NCBI GenBank assembly: GCA_964016885.1
Contig: OZ024740.1
Coordinates: 89,156,001 to 89,220,000 of the forward strand
DNA: 64,000 bases
Source of the DNA: Eledone cirrhosa
Lineage: Eukaryota
Reading direction: 5' to 3'
Shown here: positions 52,376-64,000 of the stretch, piece after piece
Layout of the letters: the number at the start of each line of letters is the position of its first letter
How positions within the stretch are numbered: position 1 is the stretch's first letter
Notes under the pieces: generated by a model
Databases searched by the model: none
Seen by the model: only the letters and a program-made list of their open reading frames with translations
What the model was told of the DNA's origin: nothing
Translations under genes and position numbers: made by a program

Positions 52376-53061
52376 TATATATATACACAAAATAAAATTA
52401 ACGGTGTCATGTCCGAGAGACATGCGCCATATCCACTGTAGAATGCTCAAGTATTCCAGTCAATAGATCCGAGCATTTTATATCAACTGGAAATTATTGA
52501 CACATATATATATATAAAATAAACATCTTAAACAATCACATGGAATAAATTGTAAAAGTGTGTTAGCACACACAGCTAGGTATGTAAGTAATTAAAGTTA
52601 AAGTAGAACTTTATATATAGATATCTTTTAAAATGATTAATCTTCCTTGTATATATTTCATTAAAGAAATATATTACACCATCAATCGATCAGTAAACCA
52701 CAGTAGCGAAACGGATTTTCAACATGGAAGAAGATCTAACTATCTGAATTTACACATCAAATGCAAATCTGCGAATCACTAGCAGCACGTGTTGCACTTT
52801 TTTAAAATACACACATCGCATCAGCTTCATCCCACTGGCGTGAATAGGACTATCGACGACTAGAAATAGCAGCCGAGTCCTTTCAACTGAGTTAACTCTA
52901 CAATTAATGGGCCGTATATATATCCAAAATTAAATTAAGGGTGTCATGTCCGAGAGACATGCGCCATATCCACCGTAGAATATGCTCAAAGATTCCAATG
53001 AATAGATCCGAGCATTTTTTATCAACTGGAAATTGATTGACATATATATATATATATATAT

Positions 53062-53770
53062 TGGTTAGCCATACTCTTTGTTGTTCTCCTGTCTCACTCG
53101 CTTTACGCGTTTTAATTGTCCTAATAACTTATTTTGGTTATTATTGCACCGACGTGAGGTATATGATTTTTAATGCAATGAAATATCTATGATCTTCGGC
53201 AAATCACTGATGAGGGACTCATTTTATTACATGTTATCCATGTGCTACCTGCAGTATTTTTCTCTATATTTTATTACATATATTTACCACTGCGATTCTG
53301 TGTTTCTTTCTCTCTCTCTTACTGTTCCCCCATTCTCTCTGTTTCTCCCCCTCTGTCATGTCAGTTAACTCTTCCTCACACTTTCACTCACTCACTGTTT
53401 CTCTCTCTTCTCTTCATTTCATCCTGTACACCACGAGGGCTATTTTTCTCACTCCGCTCATAGCCTTCGCTCGTGTCGGGTCTGTTCTAAAAGCGTTCAT
53501 ATATTCACCTAGCTTATGCTAAACAGAATAATTTTTGAAGCTTATTTCTTTCCGCTGGTTAGCCATACTCTTTGTTGTTCTCCTGCCTCACTCGCTTTAC
53601 GCGTTTTAATTGTCCTAATAACTTATTTTGGTTATTATTGCACCGACGTGAGGTATATGATTTTTAATGCAATGAAATATCTATGATCTTCGGAAAATCA
53701 CTGATGAGGGACTCATTTTATTACATGTTATCCATGTGCTACCTGCAGTATTTTTCTCTATATTTTATTA
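53062..53770 (+). repeat. 1.4 tandem copies of a 494-bp non-coding unit inserted in (TA)n
   Basis: tggttagccatactctttgttgttctcctg at 53062 and 53556; gaaatatctatgatcttcgg.aaatcaCTGATGAgggac at 53180 and 53674. Confidence 0.85.
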
Positions 53771-54332
53771 TATATATATATGTATATATATACATATCTA
53801 AATAAACATATGAAACAATCACAGGGAATAATTAGTAAAAGTGTGTAAGCACACACAGCTAGGTTTGTAACTAATTAAAGTTTAACTAGAACTTTAAATA
53901 TAGATACCTTTTAAAATGATTAATCTTCCTTGTATATATTTCATTAAAGAACTATATTTCACCATCAATCGATCGGTAAACCACGGTACCCAAATCCTGG
54001 ATTTTCAACAAGGAAGAAGATTTAACTATCTGAGTTTACACATCAAATGCAAATCTGTGAATGACTAGCAGCACGTGTTGCATTTTTTAAAAATACACAC
54101 ATCGTAGCAGCTTCATTCCAGTGGCCTGAATAGGATTATCAACAACTAGAAATAGCAGCCGAGTCCTTTCAACTGAGTTAGCTCTACAATTAAGGGGCCG
54201 TATATATATATACAAAATTAAATTAAGAGTACCATGTCCGAGATACATGCGCCATATCCACTGTAGAATATGCTCAAATATTCCAATTAATAGATCCGAG
54301 CATTTTTTATCAACTGGAAATTGATAGACATC

Positions 54333-54360
<28 letters not shown>

Positions 54361-54363
<3 letters not shown>

Positions 54364-54667
54364 AAAAAGAGATGAAATCGAAAATGCAACTGGAGTCTTA
54401 TTTTTTTTTTAAATATATATATTTATTTGGTTCCTTTACCGGTTTCGCAGTTCTACTGCTTTTCAAAAGTAGAGTTGAGATGGAGGGTCTGTGGTTTTTC
54501 TCACATCTGAGAAAATGTGAGAAAAATGTGAGAAAAACCACAGACCCTCCATCTCAACTCTACTTTTGAAAAGTAGTAGAACTGCGAAACCGGTAAAGGA
54601 ACCAAATTAATATATATATTTAAAAAAAAATAAGACTCCAGTTGCATTTTCGATTTCATCTCTTTTT

Positions 54668-54670
<3 letters not shown>
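54361..54670. repeat. ~150-bp-arm hairpin element; second copy at 55265-55535
   Basis: ggttcctttaccggtttcgcag..gtggtttttctcacat / atgtgagaaaaaccac..ctgcgaaaccggtaaaggaacc. Confidence 0.85.
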
Positions 54671-54730
<60 letters not shown>

Positions 54731-56445
54731 TGTCAATCAATTTCCAGTTGATAAAAAATGCTCGGATCTATTCATTGGAATATTTGAGCATATACTACAG
54801 TGGATATGGCGCATGTTTCTCGGACATGACACTCTTAATTTAATTTTGTATATATATACGGCCCCTTAATTGTAGAGCTAACTCAGTTGAAAGGATTCGG
54901 CTGGTATTTCTAGTTGTTGATAATCCTATTCAGGCCACTGGGATGAAGCTGGTACGATGTGTGTATTTTAAAAAAATGCAACACGTGCTGCAAGTCATTC
55001 ACAGATTTGCATTTGATGTGTAAACTCAGATAGTTAAATCTTCTTCCTTGTTGAAAATCCAGGATTTGGGTACCGTGGTTTACCGATCGATTGATGGTGA
55101 AATATAGTTCTTTAATGAAATATATACAAGGAAGATTTTAAAAGGTATCTATATTTAAAGTTCTAGTTAAACTTTAATTAGTTACCAACCTAGCTGTGTG
55201 TGCTTACACACTTTTACAAATTATTTCCTGAGACTGTTTCATATGTTTATTTTAGATATATATATATTTATTTGGTTCCTTTACCGGTTTCGCAGTTCTT
55301 CTGCTTTTCAAAAGTAGAGTTAAGATGGAGGGTCTGTGGTTTTTCTCACATCTGTGGTTTTTCTCACATTTTTCTCACATTTTCTCAGATGTGAGAAAAA
55401 CCACAGACCCTCCATCTCAACTCTACTTTTGAAAAGCAGAAGAACTGCGAAACCGGTAAAGGAACCAAATAAATATATATATTTTAAACAAAAATAAGAC
55501 TCCAGTTGCATTTTCGATTTCATCTCTTTTTCTTTATACTTTCACTCGTGTAGGACACCTCGGTTATTTTTCAATTTGTAAAACAAACCTCACTTTCTTA
55601 TATATATATATATATATACATAAAATAAACATATGAAACAGTCACAGGGAATAATTTGTAAAAGTGTGTAAGCACACACAACTAAGTAGATAACTAATTA
55701 AAGTTTAACTAGAACTTAAGGGGTCGTATATATTAAGGGGCCGTATATATATCCAACATTAAATTAAGGGTGCCATGCTATTTCTAGTTGTCGATAATCC
55801 TATTCATGCCACTGGGATGAAGCTGCTACGATGTGTGTATTTTTAAAAAATGCAACACGTGCTGCTAGTCATTCGCAGACTTGCATTTGATGTGTAAACA
55901 CAGAGAGTTAAATCTCCTTCCTTGTTGAAAATTCGGTTTGGCTACTGTGCTTTACCAATCAATTGATGGTGAAATATATTCCTTTAATGAAATATATACA
56001 AGGAAGATTAATCATTTTAAAAGGTATCTATATTCAAAGTTCTAGTTAAACTTTAATTAGTTACCTAGCTGTGTGTGCTTACACACTTTTACAAATTATT
56101 CCCTGTGATTAATTCATGTTTATTTTAAATATATATATATGTCAATCAATTTCTAGTTTATACAAAATGCTCAGATCTATTCATTGGAATCTTTTAAGCT
56201 TATTCTACAGTGGATATGGTGCATGTCTCTCGGACATGACACCCTTAATTTAATTTTGGATATATATACGGCCCCTTAATTGTAGAGCTAACTCAGTTGA
56301 AAGGCCTCGGCTGCTATTTCTAGTTGTCGATAATCCTATTCACGCCACTGGGATGTATCTTTAAAAAATGCAACACGTGCTGCTAATAATTCGCAGATTT
56401 ACATTTGATGAGTAAACACAGATAGTTAAATCTTCTCACATGTTA

Positions 56446-56700
56446 GTTAGTGTTGAACAAAAGGGCAACGAGGGTTGCCGAGCATCGTACGGCTACTAAT
56501 TCGGACTGTTTGTTTACAAAAAAACCGAGAATTATAATAAATGTTCGGTAAACCGATACGTACATATATATATGTCTGCATGTATGTATGTATATACATA
56601 CTAGTGTACGTCTGTATACATATATATATGTACGTATACATACTTATATTTAAGTATCAGCCGTATTAAGAGTACGGAAGTTAAATTTCATTTTTTCCAT
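56446..56700 (+). repeat. Diverged, permuted partial copy of the ~419-bp hammerhead unit
   Basis: gtgttgaacaaa..tttgtttacaaa..attataataaatgttcggt matches 50300-50400 and continues into sequence matching 49983-50128. Confidence 0.75.
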
Positions 56701-56743
56701 TTATACACACACACACACACACACACACCCACACGCACACATC

Positions 56744-56788
<45 letters not shown>

Positions 56789-56795
56789 CCACACC

Positions 56796-56828
<33 letters not shown>

Positions 56829-56873
56829 TTATTAAAATAAAAGATTAAAGTTTAAGCAAAGAAATATATATAT

Positions 56874-57778
56874 ATTGTTATACTTTGGGAGGGCCATGTT
56901 GCCAATAAGAAACACACGCACCAGTTGCTTTCCCTTCAATTTATTATATATTTATAAATTTATAAATTTACAAATCTACAAACTTATACATTTCTGGTTG
57001 GTTGGTTGGTTCCACAACCAGGTAGTTGTTTATATATAGTCATAGTCCTTTCGTCACACACTATGTGACCTCTTCAGTGACTGGGGATTCCTTTTCTTTG
57101 TTTCTGTGTCTTTCCTTTCTTCTATCCTACGCCATTTTGTTTCTGTGTGTGTATTGTGTGCTCAGTTTGCGCATGCGCCACATCCGGGTGTCTGTGTCTG
57201 TGTTCATTTATCTATTTGTTTATTTATTTATTTATTTATTTATTGTTGGTTGGTTGTTTGTTCTATGTGTGTGTGTGTTTTCATTTTGTCCTGTGTGTGT
57301 TTTCATTTTGTCCTTAATTGTAAGTTGTGATGTTCCTGTTCCACTCATATTTTCTATTTAATTTTGGTTGTAATTCTTTTATGCTTACTGCCTCTGTAAT
57401 TTGCCTAAACATTGCATCCTTTCTGTGTGTGGATTATATTTTTATTTCTATGTTCTCTAATCTACCCCTGTGTTCTATCTTAGCATGTTGGTAGAGCACA
57501 GATGATTCTTTATTATCTTGAAGGTCTCGCCAGTGTTCATTTATTCGTTCCCCTATACTACGAGCTGTCTCACCTATGTACACTATATTTTTGTTTCTAC
57601 ATTGTCCTTCTGTTCACCTTATGCTATACACTACATTTCTAGTTTTACAGTTAATATGGGGGCTTATTTTACAGGTTATACATTTCTTATCTATACATGA
57701 GGGTCTTTGGAAACGGGTATGTCTTGCTAATAAGTGTTTTTACGGAGGTACCAGGTACCTCCGTAAAAACACTTATTA
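56874..57778 (-). mobile_element. Penelope-like element 3' fragment (GIY-YIG + pLTR), related to 50685-52375
   Basis: Minus strand KTYPFPK..CITCKISP.INCKTRNVVYSI, YIGETARSI, DAMFRQITEA; same terminus accctcccaaagtataacaat; 25-bp foldback at its 5' break. Confidence 0.82.
57038..57082 (-). ncRNA. Type I hammerhead in PLE pLTR
   Basis: agtca-CTGAAGA-g-gtcacat-agt-gtgtgac-GAAA-ggac-TA-tgact; perfect 5-bp stem I and 7-bp stem II. Confidence 0.82.
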
Positions 57779-58259
57779 AAAAAACACTTATTAGCTATAT
57801 ATAGATAGATATTCTTCAGAAACTAAATATGCTCAAAATATATAATGTGCTTTAACACACGCTAACCACATTCGGACATTATTTATACATTTTGATGGTG
57901 AATATTGACTTAGAGAACCAAACGTGAAAACACCGCTTCAGAAATCGAGACATACCCCGGATTCGAATAGCATCCAGAAGAACAAAAGGGTTCTCAATAA
58001 ATAGATTAATGTTGCTTCGAAATGTTATGTTTAACTGTTTACGAAGGTCTGAAGGTGTTTCAAAATGTTTCTAGTGCCCTTAATACTGCAACATATACAA
58101 TGAACTGAAGAGGAAAAAGGAAGAAATACGATTCGATTTTTCAGATACCGTTCCTAGTTCGCCAGGAAACCTTTTGAACAGCTCCAATCTTGAGCACTCA
58201 CAGTTGATAATGAAGTGTTTTTTGCAATATCTTAGGGAAATGTATCCAGCCTTACAAAG

Positions 58260-60180
58260 TGAGAGGCACTTGAGATCCAGAGTCTGGTGTGGCCTGCTCT
58301 GCAAAACTAATTCTTCGATGACAGGCCACTATCACTGGGTGATATAAGGAAAGCGTTTAATAAATCCATGGCCAAATCATCACCGGGACCAAACAGGACA
58401 TACTATATACTGTACAAGATATGTACTAGTGTCATTGAGGTACTCCAGAAAATAATAAATTTAGCACAGAACAACTTTAAAATCAGCGACAAACAGATGA
58501 GAGCTGAAGGTGAATACATTCCGAGACAGCAGATTTCAAGTGGTATCAACATATTCAGCAAAATGTAATTTTTTCTCAGCAAAGTTAACTAAATAACTCA
58601 GAAAGGATAAGTACATGGATATTTAAGTTTTAAAGGCAAGTATCCCTCGAGTCTCTGGTTGCGTAGAACATGACTCAACCCAACGATTTTGGAGCCAACC
58701 AATAGAGCTAGAGCAGAAAATAGAGATGATGATGGGATAGGATCGACCTGGATAATGCCTATGACCTTGCCCCACCAAAGATGATCCATGCAGCACCTAT
58801 CACGTATAATGTCCCAACGACCACCAGATAAATGTTGAAAATGTATTTTCCTGCTTTGTATATGTTATTCTCCATTAGTAATTACACAATAGTTTGGATC
58901 AATTTAGGAGGTGGCATAGCAATGGGTTGTGTAATCTCCCCATAATGTTTGTGTTGGCAATGAAGATATGCCCGAAGTCAGCAATGGGCTAGTCAGCGCC
59001 AAATATATTTTTGAAGAGAGATTCCAAATGCCATATGTAAAATCACTTGTGAACGACACTATAATCCTGTTCACAAAAAGGAAGAAAAATGTTTAATATT
59101 GAAAAAGCTGGATGAGTTAATAGCATCTTATGGAATGAGTTTCAAACTAAAAAAACCCAGGCTAAGCTGTTGTTATTCTAAGCCATAGCTGGGGAGAAGA
59201 AATTCGGGAAAACAACGCTGTTGACCATGATTGAGGACTTCGAAAATAAGGTCATATGCTGAAATCGACCCAAGCTGAAGTCAGACAAAAAATGGAAAAT
59301 CCAGGACGCGGTAGATGCAGCAACGGAAAGCCTTACCATAAAAAATAATGGGATACACCAAGGACAATAAACAGTGATTGGGCCTAACAAAAGTGGAACG
59401 GTGGTCAGAGTCCAGGGAAAAGAAGAGGAGGGGCTTAATTGTACAAGACGTGAAAAAAGAAGAGGATGCCATAAGATCCGGAAAGCAGTGCAGCAAAGCC
59501 AATGAAACCTTTGCAAGTCATCGGGGCTATACTACTTGCGGAATATGTTGCCTCTTAGATTCTTCGGTTTCCTCCGTAAATTTGTCTTCAATTTACTGCC
59601 TTTAATACAAAGCTATTAGAGTGAGGCAAATCAGAAAACCCAGAGTGCCCACTCTGCCATGACAGAGGGTAGAAAACGTCAACCAGAATTACAGTAATCT
59701 AAGGATTATACTCGTGCATTTAAGGAGATCATACAAGAATCGCAAAAGTAAATCCCGTAGCACTAAAATTTCGAACAAGGCTCTACAGCTAGGAACAACT
59801 ATTCCACACAGGGCATGGGAGTGAGTCATTTGGGTGACGTGGGTGATTGGAAGTGTACAGCAGACATGTCAAGATCCGTACAACACACATAAATTATCAG
59901 GAAAAAATGGCTTTCGGCCGAATATCTTACTACATTCTAGTTAATTCAAAGAGCTGATGTTGATTAAACTCACCCTGCCATTTTAAAACAAAATAAAATA
60001 TAACACGAATTTAGATCGAAAAATACGCCTGTTTGGCCAACAAGCTCAGGGAATCAGTCTTCCGAGTTAAATATCTCGTCATATAAGTTGGAGATAGCTA
60101 TCTTGTGGGTAAATCTGCCGACGATCTCATGAAACGTACACCAGTTACTGAAAAGAACAACATAATTATTTAAAGGCAAT
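58260..60180 (+). pseudogene. Heavily decayed Hero/NeSL-like RLE non-LTR retrotransposon
   Basis: AKSSPGPN..YILYKIC, RAEGEYIP, IDLDNAY, GIAMGCVISP, KWKIQDAVDAA, RPNI..IKLTLPF in broken frames. Confidence 0.65.
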
Positions 60181-60659
60181 ATTAGAGGCAACAGTAAGGA
60201 GTTCCAGCTGCATTTAGTCGAGAAAGAAAATAACAATGGACTCTATACAGTTTGAGGGTATATTTTTTGTGTTATAATGTACGACATGGGAAATAATAGC
60301 TGGCATGACTTGCATGGTTATTTTCTAAATTCAAGTATGTTTTCAAATATAAGTCTGAAAGCAGAGGCATTGACATATCGTAGCTATAAGAAGCAAGGTT
60401 GATATTTGTAGTAGGCCGTATACTACAAATACAAAACTTGCATAGTTACGATATGACATACATACCTCATATCGACTGTTACACTTATTTTCAAAGTCAT
60501 ACCGGAAAGAATCAAGTCAGAAACAGTTCCCCAAATTTAAACTTGTTAATGTATAAATGCATCCAAAAAATCCTGGTTAAACCGATTTACACAAGAATAT
60601 GTCTCCAAAATCATTACTTACAAGGGTGGGCCATGCGATATATATGGATATACTTATAG

Positions 60660-60664
60660 ATGTA

Positions 60665-60758
<94 letters not shown>
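60660..60758. repeat. (TATC)n(TC)n(TA)n compound microsatellite
   Basis: Direct reading. Confidence 0.95.
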
Positions 60759-60759
<1 letters not shown>

Positions 60760-61759
60760 TTAATTTAATATAGAAAAGGTTTTTAAAGAGCTAGAACTGA
60801 TTTATTTGATAGAAATCATCAGGAAAGCTTACCTAATAATTTCTTTCGAACGAAACAATTCTAGTCCTGTAGAATCCATTTCTATATTAAATTCGATGTT
60901 TAAGCTCTACTAATATATTGAGTACCATAATAAATGTGGTTACCCCCCCCCCCCCCCATTGTACCCGGGACTAACGTATATATATATATATATATGTATA
61001 TTTATATATATATGTATAATATTCATCTATAAAAAATTAGAAAATTAAATTGAAATGGAATCTGTAACATTAAAGAAAGTAATACTGAATGTGGGGGATA
61101 AAATAAAGAAATAAACACATTGAGAATTTCAGTTCAGGATTTTCTTTCTCAAAGCCCTCCCAAATTTTCAATTTTATGGCCTTAATTCATTTCTGATATA
61201 CATTTTCCTTTAAATTTACAGTTGAGATAAATGAACCTGACGTCCAATTTTAATTTTTGGCTTCAAATCGATGCAAATAAATTTCCGTGTTATATTTTTC
61301 AACTTACCGTTTTACAAATGGTTTTCTCGATCAATATATCGATTATAAAATAAATAAAAAAAAATATTTTCAAATATTCAAAAATAAAAGTATTTGAGCA
61401 TGATTATTTATTGATTTTTGTGATAGCTTTTCTCATAGTTTGGCCTTCTCTTTTAATATGCCAATATTGAATTTTGCTTAAAGATAAACATGTTATATCG
61501 ATGCTTTTTCACCTATAAGATATAAATAAAATATAAGTATGTAGAAACAAAACAAAATCAAGTTAAACTAATAGTTACGTAAAATTGAAATGGAATTGGA
61601 ATTAAATTTAGGCGATTATTCATATATTTCTTATTTTTTAGCTATAATTAGTTATCTGATTTCTTGGCAAAGAATATTTATTACTGGACACACGAGATTC
61701 TTAGCTTTATGCACGAATAACATTTACCCAACAATTTCAAACAGAGACATAAAAGATTG

Positions 61760-61809
<50 letters not shown>

Positions 61810-62836
61810 TGATATATGTATTCACTATATATTATGCAGTCAAAACAACACAAATCTGCATATATCCATATGTGCGTGTGTGTTTGAGTAGTAAAGTCAT
61901 ATGTAATTATACCCGTAGGCATACACACACATACGCGTCCAACCATCCCTTACATTTATATATATATATATATATATATATATGGTTCTTACATTTAAGG
62001 ATGTTGTTGGTGATGAGTGACTCTTGATGTAAATAAAATACATGTCGTTTCTTTTCTATTCTCACTTGAGAATCAGTGATGTGAGACAGACAGAGTGGTG
62101 ATTCTCGAATGTTACCCTTAAAACGTTATGATGATAATGAATGTAATGACGATAACGATCATGCTAGTCATGGGAATATTATTGAACGTTTTATTGATGA
62201 TAATAATAATATCTTTCAAATAATGACATGTGAGCAAGCAAGCAGAAAGATATATAAACAGATACACGTTTGCAATTTCAAATGTGAGAAAGCAGAATAC
62301 GCAAAAGAATCATTAACTGGGAAGCAGCAGCGGCACAAAGCTTTTGTCAATGTTACACAATTGCTTAAGTACAGAGAGTTATGTCCCTAAATCAGATATT
62401 TAGTTTAACAAGTAGTCATTGAGTCGTGTCTATTCTTGTCTCTGTGTGTATAAACGTGGAAGTTGCAGTGTATTCGACTGTCTACTGTAATGACATGATA
62501 CTAAAGCATACATACACCATTTATTTTGTCATTGTTAGTTGAAATATGATATGAGGACGTAGCTAAAACATTGGTTGCTGGCAAATATTTGCACGATTTA
62601 TATCAAGACATTTAAAGGGAAAACGATATATTGTCAATGAACGGACAACACATCGTCTTACTTATGTAAAATAATAACTTCAGAAGGGCTTTAACAGTCA
62701 AAATAAACAATCCTTTATTAAATGATATGTTTAATAAACTCTATACAAAAGTTAATTCAATCCCTACATACCTTGCGGATTAACAAAAATGGCTTAATTA
62801 TTATTTTATGGACAGAATTAAACGAAAGGATATGTG

Positions 62837-63061
62837 TGTATGCAGGAGACGAGGCGTCACAAAGTCTTTGGTTCCAAACGAAGGCATTCTATAGAGTACA
62901 CCCACCAAGTCGGGCCGTCATAATCGGAGAAGAATATTTGTACGTCCGCTTTCCATTGTAGCCAGCGTGGAAGAGAGAGATCAGCTACCTTTTTCACTCA
63001 ATAGCCTCTCCTATATTTTAAATAGTGCCGAAAAAAGGGAAGTAACTCGCTAGTCACTACA
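62837..63061 (-). mobile_element. Candidate 3' LTR of the Gypsy element
   Basis: Minus strand ggaggtga (PPT-like) then TGTAG...TACA, with a TATA-like tatttaaaata inside; downstream of the integrase. Confidence 0.45.
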
Positions 63062-63514
63062 TCACCTCCGGGCAGATTTTTAGCCGAAAATCGTTAACGA
63101 TGAAGCCAAGGAACCACAAGGTACAGTTTAAAAAATGTGGAAGCATGTTTCAAAACGAAGCATCGGAAAGAGAAATAGTTTCAACCATACAAGCATTAAC
63201 ACAGAAAAATGTACAGCAATAAATGCAAAATGCATTAAAAAAATACCATTCGCAGTAAAGGGGCCCCATATGCGATAAACAAAAAAAGTGTGCTAGGCAA
63301 TGAAAATGCCATATGTAGCAAGGTTACAAAAATGCACTGAACAATGAAATGCATTTAAACTGGCAACAGCCGTAATGTTACGGGATGTAACGAAAAATAA
63401 TATATATTGATACTGCCGTAGGCAGTCAGGAGTCAAAAAGCAACACAATGAAATATACAGCAAAAACAACTGGAAGAAGAAAATAATACAATTCAGTTTA
63501 TATTACTGCATAAC

Positions 63515-64000
63515 TTACGGGGCCAAAGCACCCTTCGCCCAGAACGGGTCGTAGTTCTGTATGTTGATGGGGGGGGGGAGAAATAGGCGTATGTGGCAAA
63601 GAAAAAGAAGGGGCATTTGAGTTTCAAGTGTCATTGTGTCATTGTCCATGTTTGCTCGTTTGAGACGATCAACGGAAACCGTTTCCCTGGAACCCCAAAT
63701 GTCCAGTGTGAAATGTTTGTCTGTGCGAGCAAGCACACGATAGGGTCCAGAGTAAGGCCGTTGAAGAGGGGGTCTCACGGCGTCGTCTCTAACGTACACA
63801 TGTGTCCACAAGCCAATATCCCTTGGGACGGCAGTTTTTACAGTTTGCTTCCTAGTGTCCATCGGTGGTAAATCCTGGAAGTAAGAATGAAGCCGGGACA
63901 CGTAGGAAGCGGGATCCTGCGAAGCAAGATCAACAGGAGCAAGCATTTGCCCCGGTAACGCAAGACTAGTACCATAAATGAATTTGGCCGGGGAGAACCC
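63515..64000 (-). pseudogene. Ty3/Gypsy integrase C-terminus (element continues beyond window)
   Basis: SPAKFIYGTSLALPGQML..THVYVRDDAVRPPLQRPYSGPYRV..ETVSVDRLK (GPY/F module). Confidence 0.85.

Larger units (their letters stand above)
52385..56440. repeat. Complex tandem/inverted array of a ~550-bp non-coding unit, including a ~1.47-kb palindrome (53790-55262)
   Basis: gtcatgtccgagagacatgcgccatatcc at ~52405, ~52943 and ~54233 (+), and inverted at ~54800 and ~56212; arms 53790-54340 and 54725-55262 are reverse complements. Confidence 0.85.

Noticed and set aside
52385-53040. Hammerhead within the ~550-bp repeat unit
   Set aside because: No CUGANGA...GAAA pair with supporting stems seen on either strand.

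Overview
This window is eukaryotic, AT-rich, microsatellite-dense DNA with no intact host gene that I can support. The SINE repertoire and (TA)/(CA)/(TTA) load suggest a cephalopod such as Octopus, which is inference only. It is a pile-up of decayed mobile elements: two abutting Helitrons (1.2-9.4 kb), a CR1-type LINE, a ~22-kb cluster of microsatellite-associated retroelements (four Tx1/L1-type copies, a Penelope-like element, an R4/Dong-like element), a mariner remnant, two more Penelope-like fragments, a Hero-like LINE relic, a Gypsy 3' end and tRNA-type SINEs. The most interesting signal is RNA-level. About nine type I hammerhead ribozyme motifs are readable by eye. Four sit in a non-coding 531-bp monomer arranged as a tandem plus inverted array flanked by a 14-bp target-site duplication (45260-47191), a retrozyme-like element. 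Two more sit in unrelated ~327- and ~419-bp terminally redundant monomers that share an upstream octamer. Many frameshifts fall in homopolymers and could be assembly errors; all coordinates were read by eye.
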